Assembly (NCBI GenBank): GCA_001512505.1
Contig: LFSC01000009.1
Location: 4,201 to 68,200, forward strand
DNA: 64,000 nucleotides
From: Clostridiaceae bacterium DTU079
Lineage (GTDB): Bacteria > Bacillota > Clostridia > Acetivibrionales > Acetivibrionaceae
Direction of reading: 5' to 3'
Shown here: positions 1-10,008 of the stretch, one piece after another
Numbering within the stretch: position 1 is the stretch's first letter
Layout of the letters: the number at the start of each line of letters is the position of its first letter
The notes under the pieces: generated by a model
Database searches by the model: none
What the model was told of the DNA's origin: nothing
The model's input: the letters and a program-made list of their open reading frames with translations, nothing else
Made by a program: the position numbers and the translations under genes

Positions 1-1672
1 TTAAAGGAAGCCTTATTATAAACTTGCTGCCCTTGCCCGCTTCTGTCTCAACCTCAACCACACCGCCCAACTGCTCAATTTTAGTTTTCACCACATCAAG
101 GCCGACACCCCTGCCGGATATGTTTGAAATCTTATCCGATGTGCTGAAAGACGGTTTAAAAAGGAAATCTATAATATCCTTCTGAGTTAGAGTATTAACC
201 ATTTCCTTCTTCACGAGTCCTCTTTCAATAGCTTTTTTCTTGACTTTTTCCAAATCTATGCCTTGACCATCGTCATCCACTTCTATAACAACGTTATTTC
301 CATCCTGATATGCTTTTAAGTTTATCTGACCGACTGCAGGTTTTCCTGCCTGTGCCCTCTTTTCCTTGGATTCTATTCCGTGATCGGCGGAATTTCTTAA
401 AAGGTGGATTAAGGGATCTCCTATCTCGTCAATAACCGTTCTGTCCAGTTCAGTCTCTTCACCGGACATATTCAATTGAATCTCTTTTCCCAGTTCCCTT
501 GAAACATCTCTAATCATTCTCGGAAATCTATTAAATACCATCTCCACAGGTACCATTCTAACCTTCATAACGGCATCATGAAGACTTGTGGTAATACGCT
601 CCAGGTACTCAATTGATTCACCGTAAGCTTGAGAACCGTCTTTAATATCCAGCCCTTCCAAACGGGTCTTAATAATAATCAGCTCACTCACAAGATTCAT
701 CAAAACATCCAGCCTGTCTATATCGACCCGGACGGTTTTTCCTGTCTTCGTCTTATGCCCTTGTGAACTTTGTACTTTATTGTCCTGTTCTTTTTTCTCA
801 GGTTCATGCTGAGAACTGTCTGTATCCTCGGATTTTATATCTTCTTCGGAAGACATATCTGAAGGTTGAGGACAGTTTTTAATATCCATAGCCTCGAGAG
901 GCACTACTATTACTTTGTCAACCTCAGCTATTCCATTGATACTCTTATCAAAAACTTCAGGTGATTCCTTTGAAACACATACTACAGTAAATTCAAAATC
1001 AAACTTTTCGTCCTCAATGTCCTCCACTTTCGGTACCGATTTGATTATTTCAGAATATCTTTCAAGAGTCTGAAAGATTATAAAGGACCGAGCCGATTTT
1101 AAAACGCAGCTTTTATTTAATACCACCGTTATTTTATAAGCATTCATGCCCATCCCTATAGCTTTATTGACAACATTCTGCTCATATTGATTGAGGGTAA
1201 AATTAGCAGTAGGATACATTGCCTGTTCCGTTTTTTCTTCATTTTTAACTACAGGTTGCTTAGCGGGTTGTGCAGTTGCAGATGTCTTTTTTTCAATACT
1301 GTCATTTAGCTCCGTAATTATATCATTAAAATCGTTATTACCTTCTTCACCGCTGTTTACAATGTTTTCCGTATAACTTTCAAGAGCGTCAAGACATTTG
1401 AAAAGCAAATCGACAAGTCTTGATGACACGCTTATTTGATCGTTTCTAAGTGCCTGCAAGACATTTTCCATATCATGGGTAAGTTTAGCCATTCTACCAA
1501 ATCCCATAGTACCGGCCATGCCTTTTAACGTATGAGCCACCCTGAAAATCTCGTTAAGAACCGATTTATCTTGCGGATTTTGCTCCAATTGAAGCAAAGA
1601 CTGGTTTAGTCCCTGCAAGTGCTCTTTTGTTTCATCGATAAATATCTCGAGGTATTGACTCATATCCATCAT
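1..1672 (-). CDS. cheA: Chemotaxis histidine kinase CheA, 3' end cut by the window edge (HPt to HATPase present; the CheW-like domain lies outside)
   Basis: Open minus-strand frame from ATG at 1672/1669 (ATGA overlap with the cheB stop) to position 1. My translation starts MMDMSQYLEIFIDETKEHLQGLNQSLLQLEQNPQDKSVLNEIFRVAHTLKGMAGTMGF (HPt H-box) and ends ...SGRGVGLDVVKTKIEQLGGVVEVETEAGKGSKFIIRLPL (HATPase G2 region). It is absent from the ORF track because there is no stop codon in the window. Confidence 0.93.
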   Translation of the reverse strand, partial: MMDMSQYLEIFIDETKEHLQGLNQSLLQLEQNPQDKSVLNEIFRVAHTLKGMAGTMGFGRMAKLTHDMENVLQALRNDQISVSSRLVDLLFKCLDALESYTENIVNSGEEGNNDFNDIITELNDSIEKKTSATAQPAKQPVVKNEEKTEQAMYPTANFTLNQYEQNVVNKAIGMGMNAYKITVVLNKSCVLKSARSFIIFQTLERYSEIIKSVPKVEDIEDEKFDFEFTVVCVSKESPEVFDKSINGIAEVDKVIVVPLEAMDIKNCPQPSDMSSEEDIKSEDTDSSQHEPEKKEQDNKVQSSQGHKTKTGKTVRVDIDRLDVLMNLVSELIIIKTRLEGLDIKDGSQAYGESIEYLERITTSLHDAVMKVRMVPVEMVFNRFPRMIRDVSRELGKEIQLNMSGEETELDRTVIDEIGDPLIHLLRNSADHGIESKEKRAQAGKPAVGQINLKAYQDGNNVVIEVDDDGQGIDLEKVKKKAIERGLVKKEMVNTLTQKDIIDFLFKPSFSTSDKISNISGRGVGLDVVKTKIEQLGGVVEVETEAGKGSKFIIRLPL

Positions 1673-2739
1673 CTATGCACCCCCACAGTTTTCATAATCT
1701 CCTTCGCAATTTGGTTTAACGGAACTACAACGTCTACCAGTCCTGTCGAAATTGCTACTCTGGGCATTCCGAATACCACACACGAGCTTTCGTCCTGAGC
1801 AATTATATGGGCATTGTTTTTGGTTTTCAGCTTCTCTATCCCCTTGGTTCCGTCTTTTCCCATGCCGGTCATTATTACTGCAACAATATTACCGATACCG
1901 CTTTCGGATACCGATTCCATCATTACATCAACAGATGGTCTGTGTCCTTCAACCGGTGGATCCTTTGTAAGTTTAATCCTATAAATGCTGTTACTGCTTT
2001 TTTTAATAGTCATATGGAAATCTCCCGGTGCAATATATACATGGCCGTTTTTTACAACCTCATTATCTTCAGCCTCTTTGACATTAACACCGCTCATGGA
2101 ATCCAGTCTTTCTGCAAGAGACTTTGTAAACCCGGGAGGCATGTGCTGTACAACCAAAAAAGCCGATTCTATATCCGGAGATATTAACGGAATAACCTCC
2201 TGCAAAGCCTTCGGGCCACCGGTAGATGTACCTATGGCTACTATACTTTTAATTTTGTCCCCACAGGTATTATTTCTTTTTTCCATGGGTGCCTTACATT
2301 TTTCACCTATCACGGGAAGCTTTAAATTCTTACAAATCTTAACCTTCCTAATTATTTCCTCCTTCAAATCTTCTCTTTTCATTTCGAATATATTTCCAGG
2401 CTTTGCAATAAAGTCCATTGCTCCCTCATCCAACGCCTGCATGGTAGCATAAGCACCTTCTTTTGTGTAACTGCTCAACATTATCACCGGAATTCGGCTG
2501 ATTGCTTGCAATCTTCTCAAGCATTCAAGACCATCCATAACAGGCATATTTAAATCCATGGTAATAACATCAGGATTAAGTTTCTCGGCTTTATCAAGTG
2601 CCTCAACCCCGTTTTTTGCAGTATCTATGACCTGAATTTCACCGTCGCTGTTTAAAATATCGGTAATTGCCTTCCTCATAAAGGCAGAATCATCAACAAC
2701 CAAAACCCTTATTTTGCTTTGCATGCTACCTATAGTCAT
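1669..2739 (-). CDS. cheB: Chemotaxis response regulator protein-glutamate methylesterase CheB
   Basis: 356-aa ORF. N-terminal receiver (RVLVVDDSAFMRK...DVITMDLNMPVMDG) and C-terminal methylesterase motifs (IGTSTGGP, MTGMGKDG). Position between pilZ and cheA fits the fla/che order. Confidence 0.95.
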   Translation of the reverse strand: MTIGSMQSKIRVLVVDDSAFMRKAITDILNSDGEIQVIDTAKNGVEALDKAEKLNPDVITMDLNMPVMDGLECLRRLQAISRIPVIMLSSYTKEGAYATMQALDEGAMDFIAKPGNIFEMKREDLKEEIIRKVKICKNLKLPVIGEKCKAPMEKRNNTCGDKIKSIVAIGTSTGGPKALQEVIPLISPDIESAFLVVQHMPPGFTKSLAERLDSMSGVNVKEAEDNEVVKNGHVYIAPGDFHMTIKKSSNSIYRIKLTKDPPVEGHRPSVDVMMESVSESGIGNIVAVIMTGMGKDGTKGIEKLKTKNNAHIIAQDESSCVVFGMPRVAISTGLVDVVVPLNQIAKEIMKTVGVHR

Positions 2740-2748
2740 AAACTATTA

Positions 2749-3432
2749 TCAACCCTTTTTTATAAGTCTTCTCTGTTCTTGAAATATAAAGCTTATTAAC
2801 CTTTCTCTGTCCTTTTCGTTAATCTTTTCAAAGGATACTCCAATCTCGTATTTGTATACGCCCATATCTTTATCATATATCGTAAACCTAACTACTTTTC
2901 CAATAAAATGTATCTTGTTTAAATCATTTAAGGATAATTCACATTCCAGAATACTGCCATAATCAACCTTTTCCTTAAGTCGTATACATACCCCTCCACC
3001 GCTTAAATCTCTTGTATAGGTCTTTGTTAATTTTCTGTCATTTTCACCGGGATTTCCCCGGTTCTGTGTATCCACCAATCTGTAAGTTACGGGAAGCGCA
3101 CATTCAAATCTGAAAAATTCCCTTCTCTGAATTTTCTTAATCTCCGACAACGCTTCCATCTTTAACAGACTGATTCGGTTTCTAATCCCTCTGTCAAGGA
3201 CCTTGGCAACAAAGCTATAAAGATTATCTTGCATAATAAATATGATCTCCATCTGAGTTCCTATGTTTACAGGGTATAACCTACCCCTGTATATAGGAAC
3301 TGCAATATAGAAAATTTTATCATCTTCCGCCCATTCAAACTCGCTTACCAAAAGGTTACCGGCCTGAATGTCCCTTAGGTTGCATTCTCTTACCTCCAGT
3401 TTTAACCCTACTTTTAAATCATTAATCCTCAT
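2749..3432 (-). CDS. PilZ-domain protein, YcgR/MotI-like candidate c-di-GMP flagellar brake
   Basis: 227-aa ORF carrying both PilZ signature motifs: RxxxR (QRREFFRFE) and DxSxxG (DLSGGGVCI). The N-terminal half resembles a YcgR-type PilZN barrel. Sits between flhG and cheB. Confidence 0.85.
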   Translation of the reverse strand: MRINDLKVGLKLEVRECNLRDIQAGNLLVSEFEWAEDDKIFYIAVPIYRGRLYPVNIGTQMEIIFIMQDNLYSFVAKVLDRGIRNRISLLKMEALSEIKKIQRREFFRFECALPVTYRLVDTQNRGNPGENDRKLTKTYTRDLSGGGVCIRLKEKVDYGSILECELSLNDLNKIHFIGKVVRFTIYDKDMGVYKYEIGVSFEKINEKDRERLISFIFQEQRRLIKKG

Positions 3433-3473
3433 AGCTACCTCCCAACTCGTCCTTCTCGACTTTACCTACATAC

Positions 3474-4382
3474 TTAACCGTTCATCAGGTTTACAAGTCT
3501 TTGTACAAAGCTTCTTATACCTTTTTCTTTGGAAACTGTGCCTTCTGTGCTGTCATCCAATAGTTTTCTTGACATTTCCATAATCTGCTTTGAAGCTTGA
3601 CTTTTAGGATAGCTTAAGATGAAAGGTTGCTGCATTTTTACTGCCTTTATTACCTGTTCGTCATGAGGAATGAATCCTAATGGATGAAGATCAATAGTAA
3701 GAAATTTTCCGGTTACAAAAGACAGCTTATTTAATATATCACTTGCTTCATTGGCACTTTCCGCCCTGTTTACTACAACCCTTATGTTTTTGCTCCTGTC
3801 CCTGTGAGATACTACTTTTATCAATGCATATGCATCGGTGATTGAAGTCGGTTCCGGGGTGGTTACCAAAATCACCTCATTTGCTGCCATAACAAAACTC
3901 ATGACGCTTTCGGAAAGCCCGGCCCCAGTATCAATTAAAACAATATCGGCCAGCTTGTCCAGTAAGGAGATATTAGATATAAACCTTTCCAACTGTTCAT
4001 CATCAAGTTTTACTAAATCTTCAACCCCTGATCCTCCGGATATAAATTTGATGTTTTTCGGGCCATCGGTAAGTACCTCAAGTATGCTTCTGTTATTGTA
4101 TATAACATCAACTAAAGTTAGTTTTGGAATTATTCCCAACATGACATCGATGTTTGCCAGTCCAAAATCCGCATCCAGTATGGCAACCCGCTTTCCCATT
4201 TCACTTAAAGCTATGGCAAGGTTTACGGTAACATTAGTCTTTCCCACGCCACCTTTGCCGCTGGTAACGGTAATAACTTTCGCCGTTTTTTCACCGGTGC
4301 TCAAGATATTTTCCTGTCCGGCTGCATGCCTCTCTTTTAGATTATTAATAATTTGTCTGAGTTTTTCAGCTTGATCTATCAT
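3474..4382 (-). CDS. flhG: MinD-type ATPase FlhG (YlxH), regulator of flagellar number and placement
   Basis: 302-aa ORF with a deviant Walker A (TSGKGGVGKT) and a MinD/ParA fold pattern. The C-terminal amphipathic tail GIRSFVQRLVNLMNG is typical of a membrane-targeting helix. Overlaps flhF by 17 nt. Confidence 0.92.
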   Translation of the reverse strand: MIDQAEKLRQIINNLKERHAAGQENILSTGEKTAKVITVTSGKGGVGKTNVTVNLAIALSEMGKRVAILDADFGLANIDVMLGIIPKLTLVDVIYNNRSILEVLTDGPKNIKFISGGSGVEDLVKLDDEQLERFISNISLLDKLADIVLIDTGAGLSESVMSFVMAANEVILVTTPEPTSITDAYALIKVVSHRDRSKNIRVVVNRAESANEASDILNKLSFVTGKFLTIDLHPLGFIPHDEQVIKAVKMQQPFILSYPKSQASKQIMEMSRKLLDDSTEGTVSKEKGIRSFVQRLVNLMNG

Positions 4383-5592
4383 ACACCATTGCTCCTAACA
4401 AATTTTTTGCAATCTTATCGACATTGGCAATTTCGATGTCATCAGGCACACTCTGTCCCATAGTTACAAAAGACAGTTCTTTTTTGGTTCGGTATCTTGA
4501 GTTTAGAATAACTCCCGGTGAAGAGCTTTCATCAAGCTTTGTAAAGATCAATTTATAATCTTGCAAAAAACTATAGTTTTCAATTATTTCTCTGCAGTTT
4601 TTCATACCGGTAGTAGTACTTAGCACAAGAAATACTTCATCGGCACATGATGCTTCAACAAACGTCTTTAACTCCTCAAACTGTGGTTTGTTCTTATAGC
4701 TTCTTCCTGCAGTATCGATAAATACTATATCCTTATCCTTGTAACCTTCCAGTGCCTCGCTTATCTCATCCGCAGAATACACTACCTTTAGCGGCATACC
4801 CAGTATTTCGGCATAGGTCTTTAATTGCTCTACCGCCGCTATACGGTAAGTATCGGCAGTTATAAGGCCTACGTTCTTTTTATGGTCAAGAGCATAGTGG
4901 GCAGCAATCTTTGCCAAGGTTGTTGTTTTCCCCACCCCGGTAGGACCTACCAGTACTATGACCGTTGGCTTACCGTCTTCCCGAAGCTTTATGGTGGAAG
5001 GCTTACCCAGTAGTTCTGAAATCAGACTGTACAGTATCGATGTGGTGTCGTTAACCCCTGCATTTTCCTTCTTTTTTTCATGCACCCTTTCAATAAGGAA
5101 TTGGACAATGTCCGTTTCCACCTCATTTTTTACAAGATTGTTATAAAACAGCTGTAGAATTCCCGATAATGACTTTTCCTCTTCTTTACTTTGGGCAGTC
5201 TCTGTTTTTTCGGCAGGCTGTTGGATTTGATTATAGATCTTATTGAGTACTGCCTCCATACCGTTTATTTTATTCTCTAAAAGGACTATTTTTTCCTCCT
5301 TTTCGTCCAATTTACTTTTATAAATTGATTCCTTTCCAAAACCGTTAATTGTTTTTAACTCATTTTTCTTTTCAAAACCGATTTCATTTTTTGCTGCAAC
5401 CTTTTTATTTGTGGGTCCGTAATACTCATCGACCGCAGCCAAAATTTCTACCAAAGGTTTTGAAAACATCTTCAGGAAACCTTTTTGCCTGACCTTTCTG
5501 GTATTCAATATCAGTGCATCGTTTCCCAGATCCATTCTTACTTTTAATATGGCTTCCTGTGCATCCTTTCCGATATACCTTCTAATCTTCAT
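4366..5592 (-). CDS. flhF: SRP-like GTPase FlhF
   Basis: 408-aa ORF with an NG-domain G1 motif (LVGPTGVGKTTTLAKIA), DTAGR and TKLDE motifs. The stop abuts the flhA stop/start junction. Confidence 0.93.
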   Translation of the reverse strand: MKIRRYIGKDAQEAILKVRMDLGNDALILNTRKVRQKGFLKMFSKPLVEILAAVDEYYGPTNKKVAAKNEIGFEKKNELKTINGFGKESIYKSKLDEKEEKIVLLENKINGMEAVLNKIYNQIQQPAEKTETAQSKEEEKSLSGILQLFYNNLVKNEVETDIVQFLIERVHEKKKENAGVNDTTSILYSLISELLGKPSTIKLREDGKPTVIVLVGPTGVGKTTTLAKIAAHYALDHKKNVGLITADTYRIAAVEQLKTYAEILGMPLKVVYSADEISEALEGYKDKDIVFIDTAGRSYKNKPQFEELKTFVEASCADEVFLVLSTTTGMKNCREIIENYSFLQDYKLIFTKLDESSSPGVILNSRYRTKKELSFVTMGQSVPDDIEIANVDKIAKNLLGAMVYDRSS

Positions 5593-7623
5593 TTATACGC
5601 TCACCGTCCCCACAGCTTGAACCTCTATTCCAGGATCAAGTTCATTATATGATAGAACAACCAATCCGGGTATCGACTGCTCTGTCAATCTTCTAAAATA
5701 CAGTCTTACAACCGGTGACGACAGAACAATAGGCTGCTGACCCAGTTGTATCAATTTTTGTACCTGCTTTGACAGGTTGCCTATAATGGTGTTGATTACT
5801 CCCGGTTCCAAAGTTAGATAAGAACCCTGCTCGGTCCTTTGCACCGAATCCATAATTACCTGTTCCAGCTTTGGATCCAGGGTTATAACATTGGATTTTT
5901 TATCCTTGATAAACTTCTTTGAAATTGCCCTTCCTAAAGCCTGCCTTACATATTCGGTCAGAAGATCTGTATCATGAGTTGAAGGTGCATAGTCTGCAAG
6001 GGTTTCCAATATGGTTACCATATCCCTCACGGATACTCCTTCTTTTAAAAGATTGGCTATCACCTTTTGTATTTCTCCTATGGTCATCATTTTGGGAACC
6101 AATTCTTCCACTATGGCCGGATAATTCTCCTTCACCTTGTCGATAATTGTCTGTACTTCCTGTCTTCCAGTCAATTCATGGGCATGGGATTTTATAACTT
6201 CAGTCAAATGGGTTGCGATAATGGAAGGACAATCAACCACAGTATATCCCAGCATTTCAGCCCTGTCTCTTTGTGCCTCGGAAATCCACACAGCAGGCAA
6301 TCCGAAGGCCGGTTCTGTGGTCTTTATTCCGTCTATCTCCTCTTCCACAACTCCAGGGCTCATGGCCAAATAGTGATCAAGCATTAATTCTCCACCGCCC
6401 ACTTCAACTCCTTTAATTTTTATTATGTATTCGTTAGGATTTAACTGGATATTGTCTCTAAGCCTGATTATCGGCACTATCATTCCCAATTCCAAGGCAA
6501 GCTGCCTTCTTATCATAACAACCCTGTCCAAAAGGTCTCCCCCTTGGTTAACATCGGCAAGAGGTATAATACCGTAACCGAATTCCAATTCAATGGGATC
6601 AACCTGAAGAAGATTTACAACATTTTCAGGCTTTCTAATCTCCTTGACCTCATTTTCCTCAATCTGAATTCCTTCCTGTTTCTCATTTTCAACGTTTTTC
6701 CTTATGAGAATTACTCCCATAACAATAAATACTGCTGCAAGAGCAAGGAAAGGTAGTGTTGCTAAGGGTATTGACAGTAATATACAAAACCCGGCTGCTA
6801 TAAAGAACACATTGGGGTTGTAAAGTATCTGTTTTTTCAAGTCAACACTTAAACCGTCATCGGAAGTGGATTTCGTAACAATAAGACCTGTAGCCACCGA
6901 AATTATGAGCGCAGGTATCTGGCTTACAAGCCCGTCTCCTATGGTGAGTATTGTATAGTTTTGAAAGGCAAAGCCTATCTCCTCGTTTCTCATTACTACA
7001 CCGATAATCACCCCTCCGATAATGTTTATAATGGTGATAATAAGTCCTGCAATGGCATCTCCTTTTACAAATTTGGTAGCACCGTCCATTGCCCCGTAGA
7101 AATCGGACTCCCTTTGAATCTTTCTTCTTCTCTCCTTGGCTTCTATTTCATTTATCAATCCGGCATTCAAATCCGCATCGATAGCCATTTGCTTACCCGG
7201 CATGGCATCGAGAGTAAACCTTGCCGCAACCTCCGACACTCTTTCAGTACCTTTTGTTATTACCAGAAACTGAACTATGGTAATGATCAAAAATATTACG
7301 GTTCCCACTACCAGGTTTCCCTGGGCAACAAAGTTTCCAAATCCTTCTATAACCTGTCCCGCTTCTCCTTCTGCCAGTATCAATGTTGTAGATTTTATAT
7401 TTAATGCAAGCCTGTACAATGTGGTAAACAGCAAAACTGACGGAAATACTGAAAGCTGAAGGGGTTCTTTGGAATAAACCACATTTAAAAGGATAACAAT
7501 TGCTAACGCAATATTTAATGCAAGAAGGACATCAAGAATTCCACCGGGGATGGGTAGTATTATTACTAGTACAATGGCAACAACCATAACTGCTATTGAA
7601 ATTTCCCCAAATTTAACTCTCAT
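5593..7623 (-). CDS. flhA: Flagellar type III export gate protein FlhA
   Basis: 676-aa ORF with N-terminal TM segments, the conserved FHIPEP region (RFTLDAMPGKQMAIDADLNAG) and a large cytoplasmic C-domain. Confidence 0.97.
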   Translation of the reverse strand: MRVKFGEISIAVMVVAIVLVIILPIPGGILDVLLALNIALAIVILLNVVYSKEPLQLSVFPSVLLFTTLYRLALNIKSTTLILAEGEAGQVIEGFGNFVAQGNLVVGTVIFLIITIVQFLVITKGTERVSEVAARFTLDAMPGKQMAIDADLNAGLINEIEAKERRRKIQRESDFYGAMDGATKFVKGDAIAGLIITIINIIGGVIIGVVMRNEEIGFAFQNYTILTIGDGLVSQIPALIISVATGLIVTKSTSDDGLSVDLKKQILYNPNVFFIAAGFCILLSIPLATLPFLALAAVFIVMGVILIRKNVENEKQEGIQIEENEVKEIRKPENVVNLLQVDPIELEFGYGIIPLADVNQGGDLLDRVVMIRRQLALELGMIVPIIRLRDNIQLNPNEYIIKIKGVEVGGGELMLDHYLAMSPGVVEEEIDGIKTTEPAFGLPAVWISEAQRDRAEMLGYTVVDCPSIIATHLTEVIKSHAHELTGRQEVQTIIDKVKENYPAIVEELVPKMMTIGEIQKVIANLLKEGVSVRDMVTILETLADYAPSTHDTDLLTEYVRQALGRAISKKFIKDKKSNVITLDPKLEQVIMDSVQRTEQGSYLTLEPGVINTIIGNLSKQVQKLIQLGQQPIVLSSPVVRLYFRRLTEQSIPGLVVLSYNELDPGIEVQAVGTVSV

Positions 7624-7694
7624 GTCATTTCACTCCTTCAGATCATATTAAGTGAATTATCGGCGTTCGGTCTAATCCTATAAGACGTATGTTT

Positions 7695-8891
7695 TCATCT
7701 TTTTCTTTTAAGATTGTATACATAAGCAAGAACCTCAGCTACTGCCTGATAAAGCTCCGGAGGTATTTTCCCGCCTATTTCCACAGTCTCATACAGCGTT
7801 CTGGCAAGGGGTTTGTTTTCAACAATTTCCACATTGCTCTCCTTGGCTATCTCCTTTATTCTCAGTGCGATATAATCCTGCCCTTTTGCCAGGACAATAG
7901 GCGCATCCGCAACTTTCGAATCATATTTTACTGCAACCGCAAAATGCGTTGGGTTTGTTATAACGACATCAGCCTTGGGTATATCCTGGAGCATCCTCCT
8001 CATGGATATCTGCCTCTGCTTTTGCTTTATCCTTGATTTTATTTGCGGATTACCTTCCGTCTCCTTGTATTCTTCCTTAACCTCCTGCTTTGTCATTCTA
8101 AGGCTCTTTTCATATTCCCACCACTGGTAGCCATAGTCCATCACCCCTATAACAAGCATTGCCATACCCATTCTTATTCCTACGTTTGTTGACGTAACAC
8201 CTATATAAGATGCTATACTGATTACATCCATATCCATTATGCTGAGTATGTCATTTGACTTTCCTTTGATGTACGAGTACCCGACATAACCCACCACAGC
8301 AACTTTTAATATTGATTTTAGAAGCTCCACCAGAGATCTTGCGGAAAAAATTCTTTTAAATCCATTTAACGGATTGATTCTGTTTAGTTTAATACCCAGC
8401 GTCTTAGTTGAAAATAAAAATCCTACCTGGGCATAACCCGATATCAATCCCATTAATAACGCTATAGCAAACAAAGGACCCACTATTTTTAACAGTGTCA
8501 ATAAAGACTCATCAAATACTTTCATTACACCGTTTATGGTAAACAGGCTGTCTTCTTCAAAATAAACCGTAAAAACCTTCTTGAAGCAGCCTAGAATTTC
8601 CTCATACATGAATCCGCCAAAAGCCCTTAGCCCGATAAACATGCAAAGAAGAACTATAGCAGCGGTCAATTCCCGACTTTGAAGTACCTGCCCCTCTTCT
8701 CTGGCTTTGGACTTCTTTCGCGGAGTGGCCTTTTCGGTTTTTTCGCCACTGTCTGCAAAAAGCTGCAAGTTAACTTTCAGCTTCTTTTCCCCTGCATAAA
8801 GGCCTATTTTATGCCTATCTGCAGCAGTATGGTTTATGTTATCCGAAATTGTAATTATTTTTTTATGATTAACGATACCTTTTAATTTCAT
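7695..8891 (-). CDS. flhB: Flagellar export switch protein FlhB, with an apparent 36-aa N-terminal extension
   Basis: 398-aa ORF. The canonical FlhB N-terminus (KLKVNLQLFADSGEKTEKATPRKKSKAREEGQV) begins at about residue 37. NPTH autocleavage site present (VVITNPTHFAVAV). The ATG at 8891 overlaps the fliR stop (ATGA). Confidence 0.93.
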   Translation of the reverse strand: MKLKGIVNHKKIITISDNINHTAADRHKIGLYAGEKKLKVNLQLFADSGEKTEKATPRKKSKAREEGQVLQSRELTAAIVLLCMFIGLRAFGGFMYEEILGCFKKVFTVYFEEDSLFTINGVMKVFDESLLTLLKIVGPLFAIALLMGLISGYAQVGFLFSTKTLGIKLNRINPLNGFKRIFSARSLVELLKSILKVAVVGYVGYSYIKGKSNDILSIMDMDVISIASYIGVTSTNVGIRMGMAMLVIGVMDYGYQWWEYEKSLRMTKQEVKEEYKETEGNPQIKSRIKQKQRQISMRRMLQDIPKADVVITNPTHFAVAVKYDSKVADAPIVLAKGQDYIALRIKEIAKESNVEIVENKPLARTLYETVEIGGKIPPELYQAVAEVLAYVYNLKRKR

Positions 8892-9673
8892 TTTGGTGCC
8901 ATATCCTTAAGAAAAGTATACATTTCGCCATCCATACCCCTTATAAGGCTTTCCACGATGGATATAAATATCGGTATTGTCAATACCATTACAGCCAATC
9001 CAAGAATTATCTTAAGCGGCATTCCCACCATAAAGACATTGAGCTGTGGCACTGTCTTTGAAAGAATTCCAAGGGCAACATCCGTTATCATTATTGCTGC
9101 AAGAATCGGTGCACTAATTTTAAAGGCTGTAAAAAATATGTTTCCAAATACCCTTAAAATGTCATTTGTAATTTCCTTTCCAAATACTCCTGTGCCCAAA
9201 GGAATATAGTCGTAGCTCTTAAACAATGCTCTTATCAAAATATGGTGACCTCTGCACATCAGGAAAATAAGCATACATAATATAAAGTAAAAAGTTGACG
9301 TAATAGGTACCTGAATATTGCTCATCGGGTCTATAATGTTAACAACGCCGAATCCAATCTGCATATCGATTAAATGCCCCGCAAGGTATATAGCCGTAAA
9401 AATCAAATAGGATACATAACCCAGTGTAATACCGACTACGAATTCTTTAAGTACAAGTATAAAATACTCGTATATATTGCTGAATGCAAGCTCCTGAACC
9501 TTTATGGTGTTTATCAGAATCAGTGCCAGCATAAACGAAAATCCGATTTTTAAATACGACGGAATATTTCTTCCTCCAAAAATGGGTGCTATTACAAACA
9601 GGCCTGTCATTCTAACGAATATTAACAAGAATATTTCTATACCGTTTTGCAAAATTCCTTCTGGAATACTCAA
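8888..9673 (-). CDS. fliR: Flagellar export apparatus protein FliR
   Basis: 261-aa polytopic membrane ORF. N-terminus (FLLIFVRMTGLFVIAPIFG) is typical of FliR. Lies between fliQ and flhB. Confidence 0.93.
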   Translation of the reverse strand: MSIPEGILQNGIEIFLLIFVRMTGLFVIAPIFGGRNIPSYLKIGFSFMLALILINTIKVQELAFSNIYEYFILVLKEFVVGITLGYVSYLIFTAIYLAGHLIDMQIGFGVVNIIDPMSNIQVPITSTFYFILCMLIFLMCRGHHILIRALFKSYDYIPLGTGVFGKEITNDILRVFGNIFFTAFKISAPILAAIMITDVALGILSKTVPQLNVFMVGMPLKIILGLAVMVLTIPIFISIVESLIRGMDGEMYTFLKDMAPK

Positions 9674-9701
9674 TTTGTTGTCCTCCGATAATTTACTTTT
9701 G

Positions 9702-9971
9702 CTACCTTATAAACTGATTTATGTTTAGGTATATATCCCGGGTAAAATCAATTAATACTTTTAGCATCCACGATCCAAAGATTACTATGCCTCCGAGAAT
9801 AGCCAGTATTTTGGGTATAAAGGTTAGGGTCTGCTCCTGTATTTGGGTGGTTGCCTGAAAAATACTGACTGCCAAACCGACGATAAGACTAAGCCCCAGC
9901 ATTGGTGCTGCCACATATATAACCGTCAGAATAGCCCTCTGTGCCAATTGTATTACCACTCCCTGTTCCAT
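9702..9971 (-). CDS. fliQ: Flagellar export apparatus protein FliQ
   Basis: 89-aa ORF with two TM helices and the conserved SIFQATTQIQEQTLTFIPK segment. Confidence 0.95.
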   Translation of the reverse strand: MEQGVVIQLAQRAILTVIYVAAPMLGLSLIVGLAVSIFQATTQIQEQTLTFIPKILAILGGIVIFGSWMLKVLIDFTRDIYLNINQFIR

Positions 9972-10008
9972 ACCGTTCTACCTCCGAACTAGAATTTTTG
10001 AAACCAAG

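Noticed and set aside
3943-3950. GCCGATAT (sigma-D -10 consensus) on the minus strand inside flhG; a similar TGCCGATATA lies inside xth near 32521
   Set aside because: No TAAA -35 element at the required 15-16 nt spacing. Both are inside coding sequence and are explained by L-A-D-I / N-A-D-I codons.
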